Shown: positions 1 through 12,869 of the stretch, piece after piece
Numbering within the stretch: position 1 is the stretch's first letter
Layout of the letters: each line of letters starts with the position of its first letter
DNA from: Salpingoeca rosetta
Taxonomy: Eukaryota; Protista; Choanoflagellata
DNA: 64,000 bases
Direction of reading: 5' to 3'
NCBI GenBank assembly: GCA_033442325.1
Contig: JAWQFM010000004.1
Location: 903,187-967,186 of the forward strand
Program-made: the position numbers and the translations under genes
The notes under the pieces: generated by a model
The model's input: the letters and a program-made list of their open reading frames with translations, nothing else
Databases searched by the model: none
Told to the model about the DNA's origin: nothing

Positions 1-272
1 TCAAGCTCGCGCACGCGCGCCGCAAGCGTGCGCTCATAGCCACGCGGGATGTTCTTGATAAACACGAAAAACGTGTGTTTCGGATCAAGGTGCTGCTTCA
101 GTTCGGTCTCGGTCCACTGCGGGCAGCGGTTGTGTCGCGTGAGCTCGAGCGTGCGCGTGCCCAGCAGATACGCGGCAAACTTCTTCAGCGCGTCCTCCGC
201 CAGTGCCTTTGTCGGGAACCTGTGTGTATGTGTGTGTGTGTGTGTTGATGGTGAGTGTGTGTGCGTGTGTAT

Positions 273-317
<45 letters not shown>

Positions 318-1558
318 GATGGTGAGGGAACAAAGGTGTCTTCACCACACGGAATAAACCTGACCAATTCCAACCACGAGCCAAGAGGGTGGATTTGCCA
401 ACGCCTGTCCGACCAACAACAACCGCCTTAACAACAAGCTGCAAGCAAGCTTCAACAACTCTGCTCTCCCTCTCCCTGCCTTCCCGCCTCGCCACCCCTT
501 CTCTCTCTCTCTGTGCCAACATCGCCATCACCACCACCGCACCTGACAGTGGCGAGACAGTAGTCGGCGGTGCTCTTGATGGACATGCGGTCCACACGCA
601 CGGCGCCCGCATCGTACATCATGGACAGAAACTCCTCATAGTTGGACGAGGGAATGTTGCGTGCATGCAAATCGTACGTGCCACCACGCGGTGGTTGCGG
701 CTGCTGGTACTGTTGCTGCTGATGTTGCTGGTGCTGCTGTTGTTGTTGCCTGTGTTGGTGATGCAGCAGTGGTGGCTGATTGTGGGGGTGGTAGGGTGGA
801 AACGCATGCTGTTGCTGTTGCTGTTGCGGAGCTTGTGGTGGCGGCGGTCCCTGTTGCTGTGGAGGAGCAAACTGCACGTAATACCCTTGTTGGTGCGGTT
901 GTGGTTGGTAGTAAAAGGGTGGTGCGTTCACACCAGGCTGGGGCTGGGGCTGGGGCGATGCAAATGCGGGTGTGTGTGGGGACCCCTGCAGCGACTGCTG
1001 GTGGTGCTGATGCTGGTGGCGGTGCTGGTAGTGCGCGTGCTGCTGGGGCTGCTGGGGCTGATGATGGTATTCCCCTGCGTGTGACCATCCCGATGGGCCT
1101 GGCGGTCGTCGCTGCTGGTGCTGGTGCTGCTGGCGCTGGTGTGGCGGCCATGATGTTGAGGGCGATGTGTCGGTAGAGTCATGCGCCTTTTTTTCTTCGC
1201 GCACCGTCTGCACGCTCTTCTGGTAAGCGTATGAGCCAAAGCCTGCCTGCTCTCTTGGGTGTTTGGCGTGGGCAGCTTCTCCTCTATCAACAGCGGACTC
1301 CTTCGCATGCTCACTTCCCCTCTCCTGCAACAGCGTCCTGAGCTTTGGCGACGCATGGAAGCCTGTCTTGCGCACGCGGCTGAGCACCGCATGGGCCTTG
1401 AGCGCGGCGGCCTCGGAGCTGAAACCGATGCGCGCCGCGCCATTAGGAAGGAGGTCGAGCGTGTAGTCGACACTTTCGCTGTCAAGGGAAGTCTTCAGTG
1501 CGTCCGCGCTGAGTGTCGATATGATCCACAGCGAACCACCGCTGGACGGGCCACTCAT
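1..1558 (-). CDS. Multi-RRM-like protein, paralogue 1; 3' end runs off the window. Exons 1558-543 and 219-<1
   Basis: ATG at 1558 (MSGPSS). N-terminal RRM-like unit ('ARIGFSSEAAALKAHAVLSR..FHASPKL'), Q/H/P-rich linker, second unit 'YDLHARNIP...LATVR|FPTKALAEDAL'. A GT-AG phase-2 intron 542-220 keeps the frame and gives 'HNRCPQWTETEL...VFIKNIPRG'. Confidence 0.7.
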
Positions 1559-2323
1559 TCTGGCTTGCTTGACGGGTTGGGAGGTGTGGGATACACCAAA
1601 CGTAAACAAACTGGGTTGGCAAAATGTTTGTGTTGGTGCCTTCGGATTCGTTTCAAAGACAAGAAACAACACATACACAACGCAAGCGGTTTGCAACTGC
1701 ACGATGCGATTGGAAGCGAATCGCTAATGGAAAGGTCGTGGTTTCGTGAACCGCGGAGCCAGCCACTCAAGGGTTTAGCGAATGTCATCCGACAAGCAAG
1801 GGTGATGATGGATGAATGTGTGGCGGAACTGTTCTGGAGGTGTGGTGTATGTTGTTGGTGAAGGATGTGGAATGACGATGTGCAAGTGTACAGTGTGTGT
1901 TTGTTTGTGTTTTGTGAAGAGGAAAATTGGCAATATCATCCGCCCCTGAAGTCAGTGCTCACGTGCCGCCACAGCATTCAAACATGCGAGCGAGGGTAGG
2001 AGGGTTGCTGTTGTGTCTGGTTATCGTCATGTCTATGAGAGGCTACGGTGGTGTGATGACTACAAGCGCAGCAAGCGCAGCAAGCGCAGCAAGCGCAGCA
2101 AGCGCACAACGCAACAGCAGCTGAATGAATGGCATACATAAATGAACGGTGCAATGCTAGGGAAAAGAAGGCAAGGGCAACAACGATGAACGCAAGTCAA
2201 CGGCCAGCCCGAGGGGGCTTGGCCATGGCAACCAGTGCAGGAGAGCAGGAAAGAAGTAACGGGTGCAACGGTTCGGGAAGGAAAGGCAACAACGGTCAAA
2301 AAAAGGCGCTCAAAGTAAGGTTG

Positions 2324-4902
2324 TCATCCACAGCGACAAAGGCGAAGAGAGGGCAGCTCCCACGCGCGTGGCTTGGCTGTTGGTGGAGTGGGTTCGGGTA
2401 GTATCGGGTTGCCTTTGCCAGCACACGCGCGTATGGCTTGTTGTGGTAGAGGGGCACGGCGCCGCTGTGTTGCAAAGGTTGTTGAGGTTGTCGCTGGTTG
2501 TAGCTGGAGCGTGTTGGTTGGCAACTGAGACACGTCACGGTCCGTGCGCTTTGCTGACTGGGCTGCACGTAGCCACAGAGCAGCAAGAACGTCAGGGTGT
2601 AGCTGGTGCTGGTCGTGGTCTTGCTGGTGATGACGCCCTTGTTGGCGGCGGCGCATCCAAGGGTTGCCGTCATCGCCATCCTCTGGTCGCAGTGCTTCGT
2701 GCAGCGGCCGTTGATGCCACGGTCTTTCAGCAAACGCCTCTGCGTCTTGAACATCATTGCGATCCTCTGGTCGCAGTGCTTCGTGCAGCGGAAACACGCC
2801 ATGACGCGCGTGCTCTTGGTCTTGCTGGTGATGACGCCCTTGTTGGCGGCGGCGCATCCCAGGGTTGCCGTCATCGCCATCTTGTTGCAGCGCTTCGTGC
2901 AGCGGCTGCTGATGCCACGGTCTTTGCGCAAACATCTCTTGGAGGTGCTGGCGACGGTGCATCCAAGGGTTGCCGTCATCGCCATCTTCTGGTCGCAGTG
3001 CTTCGGGTTGCAGCCATTGACGTGGTGGTCTTCCAGCAAACAGGCCATGACGCGCATGCTCTTGGTCTTGCTGGTGATGATGCCCTTGTTGACGGTGGCG
3101 CATCCAAGGGTTGCCATCATCGCCATCTTCTGGTCGCAGTGCTTCGTGCAGCCGCCGTTGACGTTGCGGTCTTCCAGCAAACATGCTTGGTGCGCCGTTG
3201 TAATATTGTTGTGGGCGCTGGTGGATTTCTTGACGGCGCAGTCCCATGCCCGCAGCAAGCCGGAACATCCCTAACATGGAAAGGAGAAGGCGGCGAGTGA
3301 GTGCGCCGAACAGGTGGTGAGTGGCAGCGTAGCAAAGGCAGAAGCACACATGAAAACTCGCACACGCACACACCCACACCCACACACATGCACATGCACA
3401 TGCACACCGACACCCACACACACACACACGCACACGCACGCACCGTGCTGCAGGTCGCGTGCTGCCGCAAACCGGCGACTGCCGTCGTGGGCCCGCATGG
3501 CGTTGAGCACTGCCATGGCGCCGTCAGCTGCCGCACGTGAAGCGAAGGAGACGTACACCGTGAAAGGCTCACGCACACGCCGAAACACTCTGCCGTTGAA
3601 GAAATGCACCCAGTGCATCAGAGTGCGACCATGCTCACGCAGGATTCGAACTCTGATGTTGAACGTTCGGGCAGGGTCTTGGAGCCTGACCCTTTCAATT
3701 TCACGCTGTGGGTCCCAAGGAGCGCCGTGCTGCTGTTGGCGCCGAGCCTGCAGGATCGCGATGGAGATGATGGGGCAGGGACAGCGAGTGAGCGCGAGTG
3801 AATCGCATTCGCTTCGCCCAGACGCACAACATGAGCCCACACACACACACACACACAATCGCAGCAAAACAGGAAACACGTTCCAACCGCGAGGAACTTA
3901 CAACGTGTTCGTCGTGGAGGATTCGGGCGGCCTCCGCCAGTGCACGCGCCCCTGAATAAGTAAGCGTGTGTGTTAGTGATGGCTGTTGCGTTGACGCTTG
4001 CTTGAAGGCACGGATGAAATGGTCAAATGTTCAGGAGCATCTGCGCATAAAATGCATGGAGACAAGCACCCTCTGACACAACGCTCGTCTGTGCATACCT
4101 TCTGCACGAGCCACCATGGCCCTGCCTGCGAATGGATGACCGTCGAATTCTCGCACGGCGGCATGAGCAGCCTGGGGCGTGGGGAAGGCAGCAAGGCCCG
4201 TGAAGATGAAGTCGTCATCGATGTCGACAAAGCCGAATGGAACGCCGCCGAGTTCGCGCACTTGTCGCGCAAGCGTGCGCGGGAAGCCGGGCGCAATGTT
4301 GTCGATGAGGACGTAGGTGAGGCGTGCACAGTCGAGCTCGCGCACAAGCTCCTCATCCGTCCACTGCATGCATCTGGGGTCGCGTGCCGCATAAACGGCT
4401 TCGCCAAAGGCTTCAAAGGGGAACTCATGGAGAGCGGCCTGCGCAAGTTCCTTTGTTGGAAACCTTGGTGTGTGGTAAGCATGTGTGTGGAAAAGGAATG
4501 TGTTGCATGTGAGTTGTGTCGGAATACAGAACAACAACGGATGGGAACAGGATGAGAGGAAGGAAGGGCTTCAAACAAAGCTTGACAAGCGCATGCACAA
4601 CACAAATGTAAACAAAAGCACACAGCACGCACGCACACACAATTCAGTGCATGTACGCACTTGACTGTGGCGTTGACGAGGAAGCCGTGACGGCTTAGTG
4701 TGCGCGCGTAGTCAACGCGTGTTGCATCGTGGAAGGTCATCAGCGACCAGCGGAACAAGGGAAAATCCTCGCAAGAAAGGCCTGCGACGAACAGGTCGTA
4801 TGTGGGAGGCCCAAAAAGTGGATGGAGAGGTTGTTGCGGGAGAAGTTGTTCCAGGAGATGAAGCCGTGGCATCTCTTGTCGGATGAGTTCCATCATGTCC
4901 AT
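2324..4902 (-). CDS. Multi-RRM-like protein, paralogue 2, with a C-terminal tandem-repeat tail (~635 aa). Exons 4902-4661, 4463-4099, 3951-3902, 3747-3444, 3270-2324
   Basis: Five exons join through GT-AG sites into 1908 nt without a frameshift. RRM-like units 'YDLFVAGL...ATVK|FPTKELAQAAL', 'YVLIDNIAPG...AAFPTPQAAHAAVREFDG' and 'VYVSFASRAAADGAMAVLN'. Confidence 0.72.
2600..3185 (-). repeat. Coding imperfect tandem repeats (about 4-5 copies) of HEALRPEDGDDGNPWM-x-RRQQG-x-HHQQDQEHARHG
   Basis: Recurrent DNA blocks such as 'gcatccaagggttgccgtcatcgccatc' and 'ggtcttgctggtgatgacgcccttgttggcggc'. Confidence 0.85.
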
Positions 4903-5893
4903 GACTGCGGGCGATGACGATGGACAGCCGCTTTGGTTCTTTGTTGGTCACACAACTGGTGTCTGTGGTTTTGCAAACACACAAGACGTAGAGTGTCTTG
5001 AGTGAGAAGGGTGAAATGCGACGTGGAGAAAATGAGAATGGGTTGTGACAGACCTTGATGACGGCGATATTGGGTGGTGGTGGTGGTGATTGATTGGTGA
5101 TGGTCGGTGTGTCTGGCGGTTGGTGATTCTGGCTAAACGATGACGCATGGAGAAGCAGAAGCAAAGCAACCAACCTACCCCATCCAAAAAAAAAGAAGCA
5201 CAACAGAAGGCACTGGCAGTTGGTGTGTGACATGCCCGTGGAAGTGAAGTTGCAGATCGGGTCAATGTTGGAAGTGCGGCTCGTGCAATTTATGCAGAGG
5301 CCGTGACGATCAAATCAGTAGCGCCCAACGGTGGATCGAACTGTTGCGCGAAAAAGTGCATGTTGGGTCATTCTTTCCACGATTCGGACACATGACAGGC
5401 GTTGCGCCTTGTTGCATCACGAGTTGCATCATGGCATGACGCATTTCACACAAAATCTTCCACCATTTATCTGCGTCCACCCCAAACCTTCGTGTGACTT
5501 GGTTGCTGTCGCTGACGGTTGGGTGTCATGACACCCAAACTTGCGACCACCAGCAGACGCAAGAAACCGCAAACTCACATCAACGAGCAGACACCATGAT
5601 GATGTGTGATGACAAACCAACAGCCGAATTCACAGTCAGCAAAGCCACCACACCACTGCCCGCACACCACAGCGCGCCCACGCACACCCCGCCAAACTGC
5701 AAACACAAACAAACAAACAAACAAACAGCAACACCACCATAACCAGCAACGACCATTTACTTTTCGTTCACATGAGCTCGACCGACTCGCTTCAATGCAA
5801 ACCCAGCAAGCTCCCCGCTCCCGCCTCCCGCGCCCGCTCCCCACCTTCCCGCGCCCGCTACTCACCTCCCTTCCCCAGCCCTTTCAACCCAAC

Positions 5894-7610
5894 ATGAACC
5901 CAGACACCAAGAGCACCAAGAGCACGGAGCTGTCAATCGTCTCGACCGCAGGGTGGATCGCTTTGAAGGCGGCCCTGGACGGCGAAAATGTCGACTACAA
6001 GGTCGACCGCCTCCTGGAAAACGGAGCGGTGCACATTGTCTTTGAGTCGGAAGCAGCCGCGCTCAAGGCACACGCCGTCCTCAGCCGCGGCTGCACAACG
6101 CGCTTCCATGCGTCGCCACGGCTCAAGGCACTCGTGCTCCGAGGCAGCAGCGCCGACCCTGCACTGCCACCACAAGCACCTCTACCCACACAAGCAACGC
6201 AAGCAACGCACGCAACAACGCGTTCGCGAACGCGCCTCCGCCGCCGCTCCCTAAGCGACCCCGCACGCCCGACCTGGTTGGATTCTCAGCACACGCAGAG
6301 TCAGCAGCAAGTTGATCATCCCACACCACAACAGCATCCGCCACAGCATGGCGACTTCGACATGTCCCACGCCACTTGCCTGCTGCAGCAGTCGTTTGAC
6401 CTGCACGGCACCCGACGCACGCAGCAAACGCAGCGGTTGACACAACAATGGGGTGATCGTTTTGATGGACGCCACCCCAGCGCTGCCTTTGGCCCGCGCC
6501 AACCACCGCACCCACAGTCGTGGTCGTGGGGCAATGCAGGCCCACACAACGCACCACCATCTGAGCGGGAGCCACAAGCGAGCGGCCCCAATGGCCACAT
6601 GCCCCAGCCGCTTGCACGTTACCCACAACCACCACCACAACCAACACAGCAAGCCCCTCCTTGCAACGCACCATACGCCTTGTGTGCAAGCAACATTCCA
6701 CCCTCCAACTACGACGCCTTCATGGCCAGCATGCGCCAAGCAGGCGCCTGTTGCGTCGAGCACATTGTCACCAACACCATGACCGGCTACTGTTCGGCAA
6801 CTGTCAGGTGAGGCGTTTTGTGGATGTGGCTGTGGTTGTGGCTGTGATGTGGCTGTGGTTGTGGCTGTGGCGAGCGAAAGGAAGTGTCAACACACCACCG
6901 ACACCACCAAAACACACCACCAATACACCACCAACACACACACACACACTTTTGTATGTGTGCGAAGGTAAATGCCACCACACCGACCCACATGCATGTA
7001 TGGTAGGTTTCCCACCAAGGAGCTCGCAAGCCACGCGTTGCAGAACTTTGGCGCATATTTCCGCAGCACCGCCTGTGGCTCCCACGCGACACCGCGGCTG
7101 AACCCCAACGAAGCCTTCCAGGTGCACATCAAGAACCTTCCCGCCTGCTGCCAAGCAGAGCTCAGCGCTCGCGTCAACAACCTAAACGGCGTCATCATGT
7201 GTCCGCCGGCCCCGGAAGTCACCTACGCTGCCACGGCAGGCTTCCACACCCACACTGACGCATGCCAAGCAGTGGCCGCATTTAACACCACTCACCTCGG
7301 TGGCAGACACCTCGAAGCAGAACCAAACCACCTCGAGGGTGCGTGCGTGCGTGTGTGTGTCGGGGGATGTGTGCGTGTGTGTGTGTGTGTCTGTGTGTGC
7401 GTGTGTGTGTCTGTGTGTGTGTGAGTGAGTGTTCCCTGTGCGTGTGTGTGTGTGTGTCGGAGATGTGTGTGTGAGCGTTCTTTGTGTGTGTGCGTTGCAC
7501 AGACGCACTGCAATTTTTCCTTCTTGACGCTTCCCTCACACATGTCTTGCTCTCACGTGATCACAGGTCGATTCGTCCACATGGACGAGGCAGCAGAGAC
7601 TACCTTTGCC
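5894..7610 (+). CDS. Multi-RRM-like protein, paralogue 3; 3' end not resolved before the gap. Exons 5894-6807, 7007-7338, 7567-7610
   Basis: 'VFESEAAALKAHAVLSRG..FHASPRL' matches paralogue 1. Same 'ATVR|FPTK' phase-2 intron. 'VHIKNLP...AGFHTHTDACQAVAAFN..LGGRHL' is RRM-like. The next intron position is shared with paralogue 2. Confidence 0.7.
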
Positions 7611-7704
7611 GTGAGTGCTTGTGCCGACGTGTGTGTACGTGTGTGTGTGTGCATGTGTGTGTGTGTGTGTGTGCGTGAAGTGCAGTCACTCGCCTGTCCA
7701 CCCC

Positions 7705-7828
<124 letters not shown>

Positions 7829-8026
7829 AAAATAGACAGAGACACGGGTGGATGTGGTATCAAGAGCTTCAGCGGGGTGACGATAGATTCGGGGGAAATC
7901 AGCCGTGACTTATTAGGAGGCGATGAGGCAGGGGAGTATGACTACTCGGACTAGACCCCTAGATCGCTAAGAGAGGGATTAGGAAACAAACACACCGGCC
8001 CCGTGGGTTTTCGCCCGGAAATAAAA

Positions 8027-8126
8027 NNNNNNNNNNNNNNNNNNNNNNNNNNNNNNNNNNNNNNNNNNNNNNNNNNNNNNNNNNNNNNNNNNNNNNNNNN
8101 NNNNNNNNNNNNNNNNNNNNNNNNNN
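8027..8126. other. Assembly gap (100 N), followed by (GAA)n/(CAA)n
   Basis: Run of N. Confidence 1.
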
Positions 8127-8686
8127 AAGAAGAAGAAGAAGAAGAAGAAGAAGAAGAAGAAGAAGAAGAAGAAGAAGAAGAACAACAACAACAACAACAA
8201 CAACAACCACGAAGTGATGCATGCTGTCTATTGTGGTGTGGTGATCATGCAACTGTTTATTCTCATGCTTGGCTGTTCAGATACCCTGAAGCTGTTCAAA
8301 TGCACGTTTGAGTGTGCCCCGTGTCCATGTGCAAGTAGGCGAGTGTGTTCTTGTGAGTATGTGTTCGTGCTGCTTGCAAATCCCGTCATCCTCTCCAGTA
8401 CACGCTCGTTTCGCATTTGTCAAATGTATGGTACGGCAGCACGCAAGAAACCAACGGCATTCACACGCAAAGCAAAGCAGCAAGAAGGCAAGCCACAATG
8501 CCACCACCACGTTCACAATGTGGCGCCCCCAACACGAGTGTCCCCACTCTTGTCCCGTTCCTTGACTTTGACTATCTGCGTGTGAGTGTGGTCAGTTTGT
8601 ACTTCGTCGGATCTCAATACACAGCTGAGGCCTCACAAGAAAAAATACAGATTGATGAAGAACCGAAGATTGATCACACATGTGCT

Positions 8687-8771
<85 letters not shown>

Positions 8772-8834
8772 ACAGACACACAGACACACACACACACAGA
8801 CACACACACAGATATGCACACACACACATACACA

Positions 8835-10103
8835 TCAGCACCCCGGGTCAATGACGAGGACTGACTCGGCATCATGTGGAATGCCGTAGATGAGGCCGTT
8901 TGGTGCGAGTATGCCATCGTACCACTTGTGGCTCCCAGCAAGATCGCTGATTAACGTGACGTCGATTGCATTTGTAGATGGATCAATGATGAGGACGGAT
9001 GAGGAGTCGAATGGAATGCCAACGATGTTGCCGTTGGGTGCGAGTTCACCGCCAACCCACTTCTCAAAGCCCGTCGCATCTGCAACAACCTTGTCGGTGG
9101 CATTGGTGGCTGGGTTGATGACGAGCATCGTCGCAGACTGGTATGGGATCGTGTAAACCAGGCCGCTGCGTGCAAGCACACCGCCATACCACTTGGCGTT
9201 TGTATCGAAGCCGCTGATGGTGGTGAGGTCTATTGTCAGAGACTTTGGGTTGATGATGAGGACAGAGGAAGCTGATGCCGGAATGCAGTAGATAAGACCG
9301 TTGCCTGCCTGCACTCCGCCATACCATTTGTTCGTCTGGCTCGGGAGCCCAGACAGCGTGGTGAGGTCGGCTGTGTTTGTTTCTGGATCAATGATCAGCA
9401 CCAAGGTTGCAGAATACGGGATGCCGAAGATGAGGCCGTTGCTTGCCACCATACCACTGTACCACTTGAGGCTACCAGAATCAAGTGAGTCGATGCTTGA
9501 CGTGTCAAAGGTGTTAGTGTCTGGGTCAATGATGAGCATCGTCTCCCTGTTTGAAGCGAACATGTAGATGAGGCCGTTGTGTGCCAGCACTGCACCAGCC
9601 CATTTGTAGTTGTCCGTTCCAAGTCCGGAGATTGTTGTTGTGTCGACAGTGTTGGTGGCGGGGTCGATGATGAGCACAGAGGGCGAGTTCCGAGGTGCGG
9701 CATAGATCAGGCCGTTGTTCGCCAAAGCGCCACCCAGCCACTTTGCACCCATTGAACCAACTTGCCCAAACGTCCAGGCCCTTGGTCTTGCCAGACGACA
9801 CAGCCGCTCGACAGTGCTTTGCTGTGCAGCATTGATACCCTGCTGTGCATCGATCGTGCTCTGCTGCATTGAGACTGTCCGCAACAGCGTGCTGAGCGTC
9901 TCATGCACATTCACGCCATTCACAAACACTGGCTGGCTCATTGGATTGCTCGTGTTGATGTGAAGCGCGCCCGCATCATCCTCCACCAGCGTCACCTCTC
10001 CAACAACGCTGAGGATGGATGGCATCCAGCACACTGCCACCGCCACCAGCAGCACGGGGAGCAGCAGCATTCTGTGTGCCTGCAGGCACCCCATCGTTCT
10101 CAT
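8835..10103 (-). CDS. Secreted coiled-coil + 7-bladed beta-propeller repeat protein, copy 1 (422 aa, intronless)
   Basis: ATG 10103. Hydrophobic signal '[13 protein letters not shown]', then '[23 protein letters not shown]', a short coiled coil and seven ~45-aa repeats KWxGxVLAxNGLIYxIP...VLIIDPxTN. Ends LVIDPGC*. Confidence 0.85.
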   Translation of the reverse strand: MRTMGCLQAHRMLLLPVLLVAVAVCWMPSILSVVGEVTLVEDDAGALHINTSNPMSQPVFVNGVNVHETLSTLLRTVSMQQSTIDAQQGINAAQQSTVERLCRLARPRAWTFGQVGSMGAKWLGGALANNGLIYAAPRNSPSVLIIDPATNTVDTTTISGLGTDNYKWAGAVLAHNGLIYMFASNRETMLIIDPDTNTFDTSSIDSLDSGSLKWYSGMVASNGLIFGIPYSATLVLIIDPETNTADLTTLSGLPSQTNKWYGGVQAGNGLIYCIPASASSVLIINPKSLTIDLTTISGFDTNAKWYGGVLARSGLVYTIPYQSATMLVINPATNATDKVVADATGFEKWVGGELAPNGNIVGIPFDSSSVLIIDPSTNAIDVTLISDLAGSHKWYDGILAPNGLIYGIPHDAESVLVIDPGC

Positions 10104-10892
10104 CGCACAAGAAGAGTGGAAGAGGAGGAGAAGAAGGAAAGAACAGAAGTAGAAGTTAACTGTGCCTCCCTCCTTCCTCGTTCGTGTGTCTGTTTGCAGG
10201 ACAGGCGCAGCACCAAGAGAAACGAAGACAGCAGGATTGGTGGTTGTTTGTTGTTTGTGGCGTTTTGGCTGGTTGTGGTTGTGGACGATTGTTGGATTGG
10301 ATTTCCAGCCACACACAAGCAAGTTCACTGTTGTTGTGTTGTGTTGTTGTGGGAAGGATGAAGCACGTTGACATGAAACGCATCCATCATCCCTCAGGCT
10401 TCCATCCAACATGCTTCCTTCCACTCAGCCTTCCCTTCATCAGCTCATCACTGGACCAACAAGGACAGAGCACACACGGCACACGATGTCGGTGTCTTGC
10501 TGCGTTGTACCCACACCACGGCTTCATCACGCAGTGCAAAAGAAGGGCGTGAGTTGAACACATGTCAAGGAGACAGGCATCGTGACCGAAGACGACCTGT
10601 TCATCCACAGGAGTGTGCGTGTGTGTGAGTGAGTGAGAGGTCATTGCATTGCATTGCATTGCATTGCATTGCATTACATTGCTCAGCCTTATCTGCGCAA
10701 CACGCGCAAACGCATACGCACACATTACTCCAACGACACATGCTCATGTCCGTCTTCCTCTCTTCCATCACCCCCAGCTTGTGCTGGTGCACCTTTCCTC
10801 CTCTCGTGTCTGACGTCGTGTCGCTCTCGTTCCCCGCCACCACCTTCTCCACGCTGCCTCGTGCATTTCCACGCAACATTCGGTCACACATT

Positions 10893-11470
10893 ACTGCCAC
10901 CGCCACCAGCAGCACGGGGAGCAGCAGCATTCTGTGTGCCTGCAGGCACCCCATCGTTCTCATCGCACAAGAAGAGTGGAAGAGGAGGAGAAGAAGGAAA
11001 GAACAGAAGTAGAAGTTAACTGTGCCTCCCTCCTTCCTCGTTCGTGTGTCTGTTTGCAGGACAGGCGCAGCACCAAGAGAAACGAAGACAGCAGGATTGG
11101 TGGTTGTTTGTTGTTTGTGGCGTTTTGGCTGGTTGTGGTTGTGGACGATTGTTGGATTGGATTTCCAGCCACACACAAGCAAGTTCACTGTTGTTGTGTT
11201 GTGTTGTTGTGGGAAGGATGAAGCACGTTGACATGAAACGCATCCATCATCCCTCAGGCTTCCATCCAACATGCTTCCTTCCACTCAGCCTTCCCTTCCT
11301 TCATCAGCTCATCACTGGACCAACAAGGACAGAGCACACACGGCACACGATGTCGGTGTCTTGCTGTGTTGTACCCCCCACCACGGCTTTATCACGCAGT
11401 GCAAAAGAAGGGCGTGAATTGAACATATGTGAGGGAGGCAGACACTTGTGACCGAAGAATACACTGCTCA
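10893..11470 (-). repeat. Near-identical direct duplicate (offset 860 bp) of 10033-~10600: 5' flank and signal-peptide codons of propeller copy 1, truncated
   Basis: Identical ORF translations at 10100/10960, 10156/11016 and 10162/11022. Identity breaks after '...VAVAV'. Confidence 0.9.
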
Positions 11471-11646
11471 AACACAGGTGTGTGCGTGTGTGTGTGAGTG
11501 TGTGACTGCCTGTCTTTCGATCGTTCTCTCCCCACACTCGATCCTGCGTCCCTTCCCATCTCCCCTCCACACACACACACACACACACACACTCACTCAC
11601 TCACTCACTCACTCACTGGCCTGCAACGCTTCCTTTCTTGTCACAG

Positions 11647-12716
11647 ATCTATGCACCGTTGCAAGGCTGATGAATCGTACATGCTGACCCCCGACAAAAG
11701 CCCGCATTGCCGCCCATTTCACTGCCGACGACGTTGTCTGCATCGCCAAGGAGCAAAAGTGTGTGCGTGTGTGTGTGTGTGGTTAAGAAGGGTTAAGAAG
11801 CGTGCATCTGCTGTGATCTACAACACTCATCACCACCGACATCCGCGCTCATGCCCATGCCCATGCACGCGCATCCCATTTGTGTTTTCAGGGTTGTTAA
11901 GGTTGCCTCTTCCCCACGCTGCCTTCCGATGTCCGCCAACACCTCTGCCAGGTTTGCCTCATGTGCATGTGTGTGTGTGCTCGTGCTTGTGTTTGTGCTG
12001 CGGTCACGACAAACGCACCTCACCTGTGATCGTCACTCAACCCCTATTCCTCTCCTCTCTCTCTCTCTCTCACGTCTGCTACTTCCCTCCCTCTCCCTTC
12101 CCCCCTCTCCTGCGTTCAGGACGCTGTAGCCATTGGCCACTCCCTCAACCACCGCAACGCCGGCACCGTCGAGTTCCTCGTGGACACATCCGATGGCCGG
12201 TGAGCCGGTGTGGTGTTGGGGGTGGAGATGTAGATGTTGTGTTGTGGTGCGTGCATGCACTGTTTTGGTGTTGACAAACATAATCGCACCTGCCCCAACG
12301 CTCACATCAACCACCCAACGTGCGCAATAGTGTGGTGCAGCCATTGTTTCATGGAGGTGAACCTGCGCATCCAAGTCGAGCACACTTTCACGGAAATTGT
12401 GAGCTGTGGTGGTCTGTTGAAGCAGCACTGTCGATGGTACTTTGCCCACTTTGACGTTTGTAGCGCACTGGTCTGCTTCATTCCTCCCCACTTCACTTAC
12501 ACTTCCTCCATCATGTCCTTCCTCTCCTTCTCCCTCCTTTAGTCTTCCCACCAAGTGACTGGCATTGACGTTGTGCAATCGCAGCTGAAGTTTGCTGGCG
12601 GCGCGACGCTGCAAGAACTCGAGCTCGAACAGGACACAATTGCCACCTGCGGATTCAGCATCAACGCGCGCATCACCACGAAGGACCCGCTCAACGACTC
12701 TTTGGCCCTGATACAG
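11647..12716 (+). pseudogene. Pyruvate carboxylase (biotin carboxylase domain) remnant
   Basis: Exon fragments 'MHRCKADESYM', 'NAGTVEFLVDTSDG', 'FMEVNLRIQVEHTFTEI' and 'TGIDVVQSQLKFAGGATLQELELEQDTIATCGFSINARITTKDP'. Conserved NPR and TEDP are altered and most of the gene is missing. Confidence 0.8.
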
Positions 12717-12869
12717 GTGCACATGCGCTTGCGTGCGTGTGTTGGATTGAAGGATGGGAGAGAGAGAGGATTGATAGAAGCTCGTTTCCTCTTGGGAAAG
12801 GGGCACCAGTGGCGGGTGTAAGGTCCCGAAGGCACGATTCTTTTCCTTCTCAACACTTCTTACCCCTCG

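Noticed and set aside
2600-3185. Regularly recurring direct repeats that could suggest a CRISPR array
   Set aside because: Eukaryotic context, intervening sequences are themselves repeated, the frame is preserved, and no cas genes are present.
7856-7870. 'tggtatcaagagc', similar to a tRNA-Met primer-binding site of LTR retroelements
   Set aside because: Imperfect match, no LTR or gag/pol nearby, and it lies in probable low-quality sequence next to a gap.
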